Shown piece by piece: positions 20,049-30,014 of a stretch of DNA of 64,000 bases. A program made the translations under genes and the position numbers. The stretch's first letter is position 1. The number at the start of each line of letters is the position of its first letter. The notes below the pieces were generated by a model. The model was not told the origin of the DNA. It searched no databases and was given only the letters and a program-made list of their open reading frames with translations. This DNA is from Candidatus Woesearchaeota archaeon. GTDB taxonomy: Archaea; Nanobdellota; Nanobdellia; SCGC-AAA011-G17; PNOQ01. The stretch covers positions 4,700 through 68,699 of the forward strand of contig CAZRTL010000005.1 of NCBI GenBank assembly GCA_964603065.1, written 5' to 3'.

Positions 20049-20572
20049 TGAAAAAAGTTTTAGCCTCAATATTTTTAATAATTTTTGTTATTTTAACGGC
20101 CTTAAATTTAATATTTTTTATTGAAATATATCAAAATAAAGATTTAAAAGAATTTTACCTCGGAGCGGAACTTCCAAGCGATTATTCAGAAAAAGAAAAA
20201 ATCCACATGGAAGAAGTTAAAATATTGACAAATATCCCATTATTACTAAATTTAATATTCTTAGTTGCAATTTTATTATTTAGAAACCCAGACTTCAAAA
20301 AAACAGGTAAGTCTTTAATAATAATCTCAATTTTACTTTTTATTGGTGCACTATTTTTTCAGAGTTTCTTTAGACAATTTCATTTATTACTTTTCAATTC
20401 AGACAATTGGTTATTACCTAAAGATTCCATTTTAATTCAAACCTATCCACTAGAATTTTTTAGAAATAAATTTATTTTAATTAACACAATAATTCTACTT
20501 ACTGGTGTTTTTTTGAGAAGCTACGGATTGCCCTTTAAAAGATTTTTTCAAAAACCACAAAGAAAAAGCTAG
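20048..20572 (+). CDS. membrane protein, hypothetical
   Basis: TAATG overlap with the upstream gene; 4-5 TM segments. Confidence 0.4.
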   Translation: MKKVLASIFLIIFVILTALNLIFFIEIYQNKDLKEFYLGAELPSDYSEKEKIHMEEVKILTNIPLLLNLIFLVAILLFRNPDFKKTGKSLIIISILLFIGALFFQSFFRQFHLLLFNSDNWLLPKDSILIQTYPLEFFRNKFILINTIILLTGVFLRSYGLPFKRFFQKPQRKS

Positions 20573-20661
20573 CCAAATAATTGCTCCAATAACAACATAA
20601 GAAATGTAAAGTATTTTTTCGGCCATAAACAAAAATTAAAAAAAGAAGTATTTAAAGGTAT

Positions 20662-21273
20662 TTATTCAAAATGATGTCCTAACAAAAAGGACCAGTCATC
20701 TTGATTATCCGCACGAGGTTCAACTCTATCATTAAATAATCCTAACTGGACATAATTACCTTGCTCTTGAGCAAAATTACCCAATAATGAAACTTGTAAA
20801 CCATTTATTTTAGGAACATCTTCTGGGTACTCTTCTCCATCCTGGAAAGGAACAGAATACCTATCCCCTACATTTAAAAGAATGGCAGATTCTAAACCAT
20901 TTACAGTGCCCCCTCGAGAAATATTACCAAATATACTAGAATTTGCTCCATTTACAGTACCATTATTCATTCCCACAACTTGTAAGTTCGCTCCATTAAC
21001 AGTTCCTTTATTTTCTGTCACTATCGAAAGATTAGCCCCATGTAATTGAGAATTTTCTTTAAACGTATTATAAAAACCAAGATTAATTCCATAAAATTTA
21101 GATCCAGGTGCAAATTCAGTTACAGCCCCTATGCAAATTCCTCCAGTGGTACCAGTTTTCTTAACATAAAACGGAGGAAATCCTCCTTCATTTCCTGAAT
21201 AAGTGCCAATTAAAGTAGGTATCGCCAAAGTCAATAATATTTTCTTCCATGTTTTCATAATTACCATCTCCAA
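20662..21273 (-). CDS. secreted protein with GTVNGAN(L/S) beta-helix-like repeats
   Basis: Signal peptide plus five or more GTVNGAN repeats. Confidence 0.4.
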   Translation of the reverse strand: MEMVIMKTWKKILLTLAIPTLIGTYSGNEGGFPPFYVKKTGTTGGICIGAVTEFAPGSKFYGINLGFYNTFKENSQLHGANLSIVTENKGTVNGANLQVVGMNNGTVNGANSSIFGNISRGGTVNGLESAILLNVGDRYSVPFQDGEEYPEDVPKINGLQVSLLGNFAQEQGNYVQLGLFNDRVEPRADNQDDWSFLLGHHFE

Positions 21274-21314
21274 ATGATTGTAAAAAAGGAATAAAGTAAG
21301 GTTTAAAAACTATT

Positions 21315-22457
21315 CTATTTCAACTTCCTAATCTTCTCTAACTCTTCATTAAAAATCTTAACTTCTTCCAAAGTGTTATACAAATAAAAACTAGCCCGAG
21401 CACTACCCTTAATTTGCCTAGAATTATACCAAGAGTGAGCACAATGCATACCGCTCCTAATCATAATGTTCTTACTATGGTCTAATAAACCAGCAACCTC
21501 ATGAAAATCAATTTTAGGGATATTAAAATTAAATATTCCTCTCTCACCCTTAAAACCAATTTCCTTAATTTTATCTTTATCAACAGCTTTAACTAACTTT
21601 TTCTCATGATCTTCAATATTAGACATACCAACCTTACTCAAAAATTTAACCGCCTCTCCAAAGCCTAAAATCCCAGAATAATTCTGCAATCCTGCTTCAA
21701 ATCTATGAGGCAAACTCTCCAAAACATAACTATCATAACTACTATCCGAAACGGTTTCTCCACCAATCAAAAAAGGCTTCATATCATCCAAAATCTTTTC
21801 TTTAACATACATAGCCCCAGTTCCAGTAGGACCCAACATTTTATGTCCAGAGAAAGTTAAAAAGTCAACATCTAATTTTTTAACATTAATTTCTTTATGG
21901 GGAGCAGCTTGTGCAGCATCAAAATGAACTTTCGCTTTATTCTCATGCGCTATCTTAACTATTTCCCTAACTGGCAAAGTGTATCCATCAATATTACTTG
22001 TATAAACAAAACTAACCATATCATAATTTTTAATCGCCTCAGAAAATTTTTCTAAATCAAAAGTATAATCTTCTTTACTCCTCAAAACTCCATATTTGAA
22101 TTTTTGCCAAGGTAGTAAGTTAGAATTATGTTCTCTGTCTGTAAGTAAAACTTTATCAAACTTAAATGAATTAGACAATAAATTTATACTTTCACTAGTG
22201 TTTTTTGAAAAAACAATTTCACTTGATTTCTTTGCTCCAATAAATTTCTGAATTAATTTTCTAGCGTTATCCATCTCGCCATCTAATTTCAAACCAAACT
22301 TATGAACACTTCTACCTGAACAAACAGGATACTCACTGTAATATTCATTGATCTTATCTATAACTTGTTTAGGCCTCAAAGACATACATGCACTATCTAA
22401 ATATACTATATTCTTTTTCAAAATTGGAAAGTTCTCTCTTATTTTTTCAACATTCAT
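21315..22457 (-). CDS. cysteine desulfurase (class V aminotransferase, SufS/Csd type)
   Basis: FSGHKMLGPTGTGAMYV PLP-lysine region and IRSGMHCA catalytic Cys loop. Confidence 0.85.
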   Translation of the reverse strand: MNVEKIRENFPILKKNIVYLDSACMSLRPKQVIDKINEYYSEYPVCSGRSVHKFGLKLDGEMDNARKLIQKFIGAKKSSEIVFSKNTSESINLLSNSFKFDKVLLTDREHNSNLLPWQKFKYGVLRSKEDYTFDLEKFSEAIKNYDMVSFVYTSNIDGYTLPVREIVKIAHENKAKVHFDAAQAAPHKEINVKKLDVDFLTFSGHKMLGPTGTGAMYVKEKILDDMKPFLIGGETVSDSSYDSYVLESLPHRFEAGLQNYSGILGFGEAVKFLSKVGMSNIEDHEKKLVKAVDKDKIKEIGFKGERGIFNFNIPKIDFHEVAGLLDHSKNIMIRSGMHCAHSWYNSRQIKGSARASFYLYNTLEEVKIFNEELEKIRKLK

Positions 22458-22921
22458 TCTTTACACTCTCCACAACTACAGTCATCTCCACAAATTTCAC
22501 ACTGTCCAGAATCACATAAAGGATCCCCACAATCTACTGGCTCTGCATTAGGTGTAAATATACAAGTTTCAGGATCTGCATTTGGGCCATTACAATTGTC
22601 ATAAATAGCTAAATTATAAACTGCTTGAGCGGAAAAAAACAAACTCACAAAAAATAAAACAACAAACAGCCACGAAACAACCTCAAAATATTTATACACA
22701 GGCTTAGCTAAACCAGAATTTTTTCTCATCAAAGTTCCAACTAATTTAGATTTTAACTTCACATCTAAACCAGATTGGCATTTTCTAAGAGTAATCCTTC
22801 TAAAAACACAATCGAATGCCTCTTTTGCTATTGGCCTATGGCTAGCCGAAAAAATAGCCATAATTCCAAAAACAATCATTGCAATTAAACAAATCATGGA
22901 GTTTACAAAAATGATGGTCAT
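22454..22921 (-). CDS. membrane protein with a Cys-rich C-terminal tail
   Basis: Two to three TM segments plus CGDPLCDSGQCEICGDDCSCGECKE; ATGA overlap with the desulfurase start. Confidence 0.45.
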   Translation of the reverse strand: MTIIFVNSMICLIAMIVFGIMAIFSASHRPIAKEAFDCVFRRITLRKCQSGLDVKLKSKLVGTLMRKNSGLAKPVYKYFEVVSWLFVVLFFVSLFFSAQAVYNLAIYDNCNGPNADPETCIFTPNAEPVDCGDPLCDSGQCEICGDDCSCGECKE

Positions 22922-22970
22922 ATAAAAACATTTCTATAGTTTTAAAAATACTTGACAACCTCAAAAAATC

Positions 22971-23705
22971 ATGATAAACCCAATAGCGTTTTCAATAGGA
23001 AACATAAATATCAATTGGTATGGTATAATCTTCGCACTAGGTTTCATAATCGCAATCCCTATAATGATCAAACTAGGAAAGCAAAAAAATATCACAAAAC
23101 AACAAATATATGATTATTTTATCTACCTAATTCCTCCTAGTATAATAGGAGCTAGATTATTAGCAGTTATCTTAAATTTCAATTTATATCAAGATAATTT
23201 ACTAAAAATATTTTATATCTGGCAAGGGGGAATGGCATTTCATGGAGGTTTAATAGGAGCAATAATAGGAACTTATTTTTTCTGTAAAAAACACAAAGTG
23301 CACTTTTATGACATAGCTGATATTATCTCAATTCCACTAGCTTTAGGACTATCTTTAGGAAGACTTGGAAATTTCATAAACCAGGAATTCTACGGAAGAT
23401 TAACAAATCTGCCATGGGGAATTCATTACGATGTTGTTGAAGGAAAAAGGCATCCCTCTCAAATTTATGAATCAATAAAAAACTTCATAATTTTCATATT
23501 CTTATTAAATTTTTATAAGTTAAAGAAACTAAAAAAAGGAGTAATATTTTGGCTTTTCATATTTCTCTACTCTTTATTCAGATTTCTTGTAGAATTCTAC
23601 AAAGATCAACCATTACTCTACCTAAACTTAACATACGGACAAATAATCAGCATTCCTCTCTTCATACTATCGATAATAATACTAAGGAAAATAGGTAAAA
23701 AATGA
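22971..23705 (+). CDS. lgt: prolipoprotein diacylglyceryl transferase
   Basis: PIAFSIGNININWYGIIFALGF (compare E. coli [22 protein letters not shown]), MAFHGGLIGA, GRLGNFINQEFYGR (Lgt signature). Confidence 0.8.
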   Translation: MINPIAFSIGNININWYGIIFALGFIIAIPIMIKLGKQKNITKQQIYDYFIYLIPPSIIGARLLAVILNFNLYQDNLLKIFYIWQGGMAFHGGLIGAIIGTYFFCKKHKVHFYDIADIISIPLALGLSLGRLGNFINQEFYGRLTNLPWGIHYDVVEGKRHPSQIYESIKNFIIFIFLLNFYKLKKLKKGVIFWLFIFLYSLFRFLVEFYKDQPLLYLNLTYGQIISIPLFILSIIILRKIGKK

Positions 23706-24139
23706 ACTTAATAGAAAGACTAGAATTATTAGCAATAAACCCACTTGAACCAGTAGAAGAAACAATTCAAAGTTCATGGAACATAGTAAAAACTCCCCAT
23801 AAAGTAGTAGAACATTATGTTTGGGGATTATTGCCTTCAGAACAACAAGAGAATTATACCACACACAATGGATTACCTTATGATTATCCAACAAAAGTAT
23901 CATGTGGGGGAAATTTAACAGCATCATTAATAAAATTCAGTGGGGCAATGCTACTTCCAGCAGGTTTTTTATTCAATGCTCCTTCCTTATTATTAAAATT
24001 ATCAGCTCTAGGAGTAGCCGGGGAATCATTTTACAGATTATATAGAATTAAAAGAACAAAGAAGCCTTTTGGCAATTTTCCTTTCGAATTTGGAAATTCA
24101 ATATATCAAAATCTAAAGGAAAGATTTAAAAGAAACTAA
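23702..24139 (+). CDS. hypothetical protein, translationally coupled to lgt
   Basis: ATGA overlap with the lgt stop. Confidence 0.35.
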   Translation: MNLIERLELLAINPLEPVEETIQSSWNIVKTPHKVVEHYVWGLLPSEQQENYTTHNGLPYDYPTKVSCGGNLTASLIKFSGAMLLPAGFLFNAPSLLLKLSALGVAGESFYRLYRIKRTKKPFGNFPFEFGNSIYQNLKERFKRN

Positions 24140-24178
24140 TCAGTTCTAAATTTAAGAAGAAATTAGGGGGATTTTAAA

Positions 24179-25111
24179 TTGACTAAAAAATTAAACAAGT
24201 GGAAAATTAGTACATTCGTACTTATTCTTATATTAATCATTGTAATTGTCTTTTCTGGTTTCAATCCTTTAAGCTTAACAACTGGAAATGCAGTTGCACA
24301 AAATGCTGTTAGTTTTATTAACACAAATATGTTACAAGGTCAAACAGCAACAGTTGAAGATGTAAGTTCTATAAGTGGAGTTTACAAGGCATCTATTAAT
24401 ATACAGGGACAACCTGCAGAAGTCTATGTAACAAAAGATGGAAAATTAATGTTTTTACAGGCAGTACCATTAGTTCCAGTAGATACTCCTACTGGCACAA
24501 ATACAGATACTAACACAAATACAAATATAGATGTACCAAAATCAGATAAACCCTCAGTAGAATTATTCGTGATGAGTCTTTGTCCATTCGGAAATAAAGC
24601 GGAGGACACGATGTTGTCAGTATACAATCTACTAAAAGACAAAGTAGAGTGGAAGATAAATTACATAGTTTCTACAGAAGGCGACACAATCAGATCATTA
24701 CATGGTCAACCAGAAACAGATCAAAACATACAAGAAGTATGTGTAAAAAAGGAATATGGTCTAAATTCATTCTGGGATTTTATTACTTACATAAACAAAA
24801 ACTGTGGAAGCAACGGAAATTGTTGGGAAGATGGAGCGATAGAATTAGGATTGGATGTAACAACAATACAAGAATGCTTTGATAATGAAGGAATAAGCTT
24901 GATGCAAGTGGAAGCACAAATATCCGGAGAAGCTGGAGCAACAGGATCACCAACATTATTGATAAATGGTGTAAAATCCAGTGAAGTCTATAAGTATAGT
25001 AACTCTGAAGCATACAAACAAGCAATTTGTTCTGCATTCAACGAAGCTCCTGAAGAATGTTCAGAAACCTTAGAAAGTTCAACTACAACATCCAACGGGG
25101 GAAGTTGCTAA
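24179..25111 (+). CDS. membrane-anchored secreted protein with a Thr/Asn-rich linker
   Basis: N-terminal TM, TPTGTNTDTNTNTNID low-complexity linker, C-terminal Cys-containing globular domain. Confidence 0.45.
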   Translation: MTKKLNKWKISTFVLILILIIVIVFSGFNPLSLTTGNAVAQNAVSFINTNMLQGQTATVEDVSSISGVYKASINIQGQPAEVYVTKDGKLMFLQAVPLVPVDTPTGTNTDTNTNTNIDVPKSDKPSVELFVMSLCPFGNKAEDTMLSVYNLLKDKVEWKINYIVSTEGDTIRSLHGQPETDQNIQEVCVKKEYGLNSFWDFITYINKNCGSNGNCWEDGAIELGLDVTTIQECFDNEGISLMQVEAQISGEAGATGSPTLLINGVKSSEVYKYSNSEAYKQAICSAFNEAPEECSETLESSTTTSNGGSC

Positions 25112-25175
25112 AACTATTATTTCTTTTTCTTTTTACATTCTTGAAAATACAAATATTTACATACTAAAAAAACAA

Positions 25176-26201
25176 TTGATTTATATGAAAATTAAATACT
25201 CTGACTTTGTTAAAACTTACTCTAAAATACATAGGAATTCCATCTATTACCCAAAAGTTATGAAATTTCATGATAAAGGCCTTAAAGTTAAAAATATTTC
25301 CAAAAAACTAAATTTACCATATCTTCTTGTCTGGAGATGGGTAAATAACAAAACCATTCCTCATTCATATTTAGAATATTCAAAAATTAAGAAAAAATTT
25401 AATTCTAAAGAGATAAAAAATCTCGCTAAAGTAATGGGATATATTTATGGAGATGGAGGAATATTAAAAAATGGAAGGATTCATTACTGTAATACTGAGA
25501 AATTCTTAATAAGTGACTTCATAAAATCAGTAAACAAAGTATTTGCACAAAATCCACATATTAAAAAAGAGTCAAAAATATTCCGTGTTAAGTTCTCTGC
25601 GATAATGGGTAAAACCTTGTGGTGACTATTTGGAAAATTTAGTTATGGCAAAGACACTAAAAAAGTTACTGAACAAATAAAGAAGATGCCTTTAGAGTGG
25701 AAAGCAAATATGTTACAAACCTGGTTCAATGACGATGGTAGCGTACCAAATTATGGTGTGATCGCAATTAAACAAAAACCCAAACACTTGATTGAATTCA
25801 TACAAACTACATTAATGGAATTTAATATAAAATCAATAGTATCCAGAGATGGAGATACGTGGCTTCTAAGAATATGTAGCTACTTGGATTTAAAAAAATT
25901 TCAAGAAAAAATTAATTTTACAAAGGGATACAGAAAAAGAGAATTATTAGAAAAAACCATCTCAGAAAAGAAAAATCCTACAAATGTTACAAAAAATAAA
26001 ATATTGGAATTATTGCAAAACTCTCCAAGAACTCTAAAAGAGCTACAATACAATTTAAGTATAAACAGAAATGTCATATATGGGCACCTTCATGGATGGA
26101 AAAGAAAAAGCAAAAACAAGAAAAGTACACTAGGATTAGTCGATTTAAACTTAATAGGGGTCAAAGGAAAGGGTAAAGATAAAATTTTTTACATAAAATA
26201 A
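25176..26201 (+). pseudogene. LAGLIDADG homing-endonuclease-like gene interrupted by an in-frame TGA (25626-25628)
   Basis: Two LAGLIDADG-type motifs (MGYIYGDGGI; LQTWFNDDGSV) in the same frame, separated by a single TGA; C-terminal HTH-like tail. Confidence 0.55.
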
Positions 26202-26202
26202 C

Positions 26203-26222
26203 GTCGCATCTTGCGGCGCTTA
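26203..26222. terminator. hairpin + T-tract between convergent genes
   Basis: CGTCGCA-TCT-TGCGGCG (7-bp stem with one G:U in RNA) followed by TTAATTTCTTTTCTTTTTT. Confidence 0.35.
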
Positions 26223-26236
26223 ATTTCTTTTCTTTT

Positions 26237-26749
26237 TTAATCTACCTTAACAGTAGATTGTCTTTCTCGTATATCTATCCGTTCAAACTCTCCACCATAA
26301 AAAAATACCTCAGCATCAAAATCCCCAGTCAGCTTCTCATCAAGATTATCGTTAAATTCCGGTAAATAATCCACATTTAGAAACAAAGAAACAGAACCCT
26401 CCGTAATCTCATCACCTTCCATAAAATCAGCATTTACAGTAGCTTTATCCTCTAACCTAACATCTCTTTGTCTGAAAGCAAAAACTTCTCCTTCATAATC
26501 ACATAAACTCCCTAAACTCTTACTCTCCAAAAGATATTCTCTAGCATTTTCAACTAAATCTATTAAATAATCATCTGGAAGCTCCATTAATCTAGCATCT
26601 AAAGAATCGATATGACTATACGTATGTATAAACCCAGTTTTTTCAGAATAAGGAAGATCTACATTAGGTGAATAATTCACTCTTGAAGCTCCACATCCAA
26701 CAACAAGCGACACCAATAAAGTCAGTAAACTTTTCCTAAAATTAATCAT
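26237..26749 (-). CDS. putative lipoprotein (lipobox LVVGC)
   Basis: Signal peptide MINFRKSLLTLLVSLVVGCGAS with a Cys at the lipobox position. Confidence 0.5.
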   Translation of the reverse strand: MINFRKSLLTLLVSLVVGCGASRVNYSPNVDLPYSEKTGFIHTYSHIDSLDARLMELPDDYLIDLVENAREYLLESKSLGSLCDYEGEVFAFRQRDVRLEDKATVNADFMEGDEITEGSVSLFLNVDYLPEFNDNLDEKLTGDFDAEVFFYGGEFERIDIRERQSTVKVD

Positions 26750-27050
26750 TTTTGTAAAAAACCCTCATCAAAATCTTAAAATCACCCATAGACATATCAT
26801 CAGGAGAAATAGTTTTTGTTTCAGTTCTATCATAACCATCTTTTGTAAAAGACATTCTTAAAATAAACATTCCACCTTTTACTCCTAAAATTTCATAATG
26901 AGCATCTGCTATCAATCTAGTTTCTTGAGAAGGAAAATAATCAGGTTGAAATTCTGTACTTACTCCTCCAGAAGGCCCACAGCCAAACAAAAAGGGGGTT
27001 AATAAAGCGGTAATTCCTAATCCTTTTCTAAACTTACTTGAAATATCCAT
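26742..27050 (-). CDS. putative lipoprotein (lipobox LFGC)
   Basis: ITALLTPFLFGCGPS lipobox-like; overlaps the downstream lipoprotein gene by 8 nt. Confidence 0.5.
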   Translation of the reverse strand: MDISSKFRKGLGITALLTPFLFGCGPSGGVSTEFQPDYFPSQETRLIADAHYEILGVKGGMFILRMSFTKDGYDRTETKTISPDDMSMGDFKILMRVFYKND

Positions 27051-27106
27051 AAAGAAAGAAATTAAAAAGAAAATATAAAGGTTTCTAAAAATTTTAATTA
27101 ATAATT

Positions 27107-29350
27107 CTAAGCCCCCAACCTGTTTATTCTTTCATCAAATTCTTCTTGAGATTCCTCAACTTTCTCTTCAAACAATGGCAATCTAATCTCTTCTCTAACA
27201 TCCAAGGCCTTGTATGGACTTTCATCTTCCATGTTATTCATTTCCAAAACCCTAACAATAAAGTTAGATAATTTTGTAGCATCTTCACTTGGAATTAAAA
27301 AGTCATTTTCAAACCGAACATCTAACTTAGTACCAGTAGCATGTTCATACCATAATTTTGACAGTGTCCAAGGACTTTCATTCTCTCTCGCTTTAACTTC
27401 TACAAAACCATCTCCCCTATCAAATCTATCATCTATTTCCTTAAGAGCATTAACCTCATCAAGTTGTACTTGATATTTCTCCTCTCCAACAATACGGCCA
27501 GCCTCCAGTAAAGCAAGTCTCGCCCTGCTATAATCCTCTCTGTTCATAGCATCTAAATACATGCCTTGAAACTTACTCTCAAGACTATCTGCTAACTCTG
27601 AAAAATCTCCACCCAATAATCGGCCCTTTTCCAAATTTGCTAAAGCAAAGGTATAATCTCCTTCATCAAATGCAGCCCGTGTAGTAGCTCTCACATTAAT
27701 AATAGACTCTCTTCTTTTTCTTCTCTCCACCCCTTTTTCTATATCATTAACAATAACTTCTAAAGAATCCAAAGAAGATTTACTAAAAGTTTCCCTACTT
27801 GAACCAATCAAACCCTTAGCTTCTTGAAACGCTTCATCTTCAAGTAAACTAGAAACTTCCTTTCCTAATTCTACAAAAGCAGAATCCTTATCTTCCTGTC
27901 TAAATTGATTTATCAAAGTTTGAAATTCTTGTGTCAACAAATCAACATTGGCTCCATACTTTCCAGCTGAATTAATTTTATCCAATGCTCCTTCATAATT
28001 TCTTGCAACAACCAAACTTTCAGCTTCAGAAACTAATCCATCAACAACTATACCTTTAACCTCATCTATTAAATATTGGTTCACTTCCAAAGCTTGCTGA
28101 TCTTTTTCAGTCATCATTTTAAGATCTGCTCTTCTTCCATACAAATTGATACATTCATTCAAACAAGCCAAAGCTTCATCATGCTCCTCTTGTCCAATGA
28201 ACATTAAAAATTCTTTAAAACTAGCTTTTTCTTTTCTTTCCAATTGTAATTCTGCAGCGCCTTTGACATCTTCTATTAAATTTTCATCTGCACCAATTTC
28301 TTGAATTCTTTGGTAAAGAGTCTCAAAACTTTTACTCTCTACTAACTCACTTAATGATTCGTGTCTATCTTCTCTTGTTTTCAAATCAGTCAAAAATGCT
28401 CTAGCTGAGCTAAAAGATTCATTAACCTTAACATCATAGTCCTCAGGTAAAATATTTTCTGTCAGTAAAAGTGAAACTGCATCATCAATATTTCCACTTT
28501 CGTAAGACAAAGTAACATCAGTAAGTTGATCTTCCAAAGCATTCTGATTCATTGCCTCTCTAGCATTGCCTAATACTTCATGACCTTGATTATACAAAGA
28601 TCTAATTTCTTCTTCGTCTTGATGTAATAAATCAGACATTTTTTCTATCAAAGATTCCTCCACATTAAGTTGTGCCTGAACTCTTTGATCTTCAGTAGCT
28701 CTAAAGTAAATAACATCTCCAACCTCCAAATGATTTGGATTTTTTCCTTCAGCAACCAATCTATCATAAACATCTGCCCAAACTTCAGAAACCTCTCTAC
28801 TATCTGAACCCTCTCCTAAATTTTGGACAGTTAGATAATCATCAACAGAGCTCCATAAATTCTCTCCAAACTTAATTGTATAGGGAGTTAGTCCTGTTCT
28901 TGGATCTACATCTCTATACTGGGCCTTTAAGCTTGCAATTCTTGCTTCTTCAGCTTTTTCAATAGCAGCCGCACTATCTAAAATAGCCTTCCTTGCCTGT
29001 ATTTCCATAATTTGAGCTCTAAAAGAAGGGTCTAATTCATTTTCTGGAAAAATATCTTCTGCTCTATCATATAATTTTAAAGCATCACTATAATTTTCCA
29101 CATAAAACGCACTTTGAGCCTGATTAAATAAATTCACTTCATCTCGAACTCTTCTTTCATGTGCAGCTTCTTCTGCATTTTTGTCTTGAACATAATTAAC
29201 GAGAGAAGTAACTCCCACAGTAGCAACTGCAGCAACCCCCAAACTTCCAAAAATCCATGCCTTAGCTTTTCCAGAAAGTCCGCCATTTCCTCCTCTACTG
29301 TAATGAGAACCTGGATGTCTTTCTTTAATTTTCAAACGATCATCAGCCAT
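27107..29350 (-). CDS. large membrane-anchored protein with a helical-repeat ectodomain (TPR-like, LysM-like segment)
   Basis: Start re-assigned to ATG 29350 (MADDRLK), which has GGAGG 12 nt upstream; the track ORF extends to 29404. Single TM near the N-terminus. Confidence 0.5.
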   Translation of the reverse strand: MADDRLKIKERHPGSHYSRGGNGGLSGKAKAWIFGSLGVAAVATVGVTSLVNYVQDKNAEEAAHERRVRDEVNLFNQAQSAFYVENYSDALKLYDRAEDIFPENELDPSFRAQIMEIQARKAILDSAAAIEKAEEARIASLKAQYRDVDPRTGLTPYTIKFGENLWSSVDDYLTVQNLGEGSDSREVSEVWADVYDRLVAEGKNPNHLEVGDVIYFRATEDQRVQAQLNVEESLIEKMSDLLHQDEEEIRSLYNQGHEVLGNAREAMNQNALEDQLTDVTLSYESGNIDDAVSLLLTENILPEDYDVKVNESFSSARAFLTDLKTREDRHESLSELVESKSFETLYQRIQEIGADENLIEDVKGAAELQLERKEKASFKEFLMFIGQEEHDEALACLNECINLYGRRADLKMMTEKDQQALEVNQYLIDEVKGIVVDGLVSEAESLVVARNYEGALDKINSAGKYGANVDLLTQEFQTLINQFRQEDKDSAFVELGKEVSSLLEDEAFQEAKGLIGSSRETFSKSSLDSLEVIVNDIEKGVERRKRRESIINVRATTRAAFDEGDYTFALANLEKGRLLGGDFSELADSLESKFQGMYLDAMNREDYSRARLALLEAGRIVGEEKYQVQLDEVNALKEIDDRFDRGDGFVEVKARENESPWTLSKLWYEHATGTKLDVRFENDFLIPSEDATKLSNFIVRVLEMNNMEDESPYKALDVREEIRLPLFEEKVEESQEEFDERINRLGA

Positions 29351-29442
29351 TTTTATTATGCCTCCTAAAATTAACATAATTTTATAATTCGGAGAACTAT
29401 ACAAAATTTATAAAGGTTTTTATTTAAAAATAGAAATAAAGA

Positions 29443-29937
29443 TTAAAAAACTTCTTCTAAATTAACGAGATAAACTTTCTTTTTACTAATTTCCTCTCCA
29501 ACCCTATCAAAATCTTCTTCTACATCAAACTTAATATCATATTCAACAGTTCTATCATTAGGATAACTAACTCTGATTCTTGCTTTCAATCCCCACTCAA
29601 TAGGATTTTCTCTAGAATCAACATCATCTATACAAGTATAATGAACTTTAACTAATTTAATTTTTAAATCATTATATCTAAAATATTCTCCTTCATATTC
29701 ACATAAATCACCAGCAAATTCTAAAATTCCTTCTTTCTCAAAATATTTTCTTAATCTCTTACCATGTTTTTTCATAACTCTTTCGTATAAAGAAGAGTCA
29801 GCTATCTCACTTAACTCAAAACCTGTTTTATAATCTTGTTTCTCTTTAGCTTGAACAGGCAAAGCATCTAAAGCCCCCATAATTAACAAACCTGCTAATC
29901 CTGTTGTAATTCCCTTCTTTACACCTTTAAGTACCAT
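29443..29937 (-). CDS. secreted hypothetical protein
   Basis: N-terminal signal peptide. Confidence 0.4.
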   Translation of the reverse strand: MVLKGVKKGITTGLAGLLIMGALDALPVQAKEKQDYKTGFELSEIADSSLYERVMKKHGKRLRKYFEKEGILEFAGDLCEYEGEYFRYNDLKIKLVKVHYTCIDDVDSRENPIEWGLKARIRVSYPNDRTVEYDIKFDVEEDFDRVGEEISKKKVYLVNLEEVF

Positions 29938-30014
29938 AAAAAAGAAAATTACATATCCTTTTTAAAAGTTTTCAAAAAAATAGTTTTATAAACCTTCTAT
30001 TTTTCAATCTTAAT

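Noticed and set aside
20662-21273. GTVNGAN repeat protein as a bactofilin-like cytoskeletal element.
   Set aside because: It has an N-terminal signal peptide, so it is more likely a secreted beta-helix than a cytoplasmic polymer.
25626-25628. Alternative genetic code with UGA as a sense codon.
   Set aside because: TGA is used as a genuine terminator elsewhere (for example the radical SAM gene at 38082-38084), and only this one in-frame TGA junction was found, so a pseudogene or sequencing error is more parsimonious.
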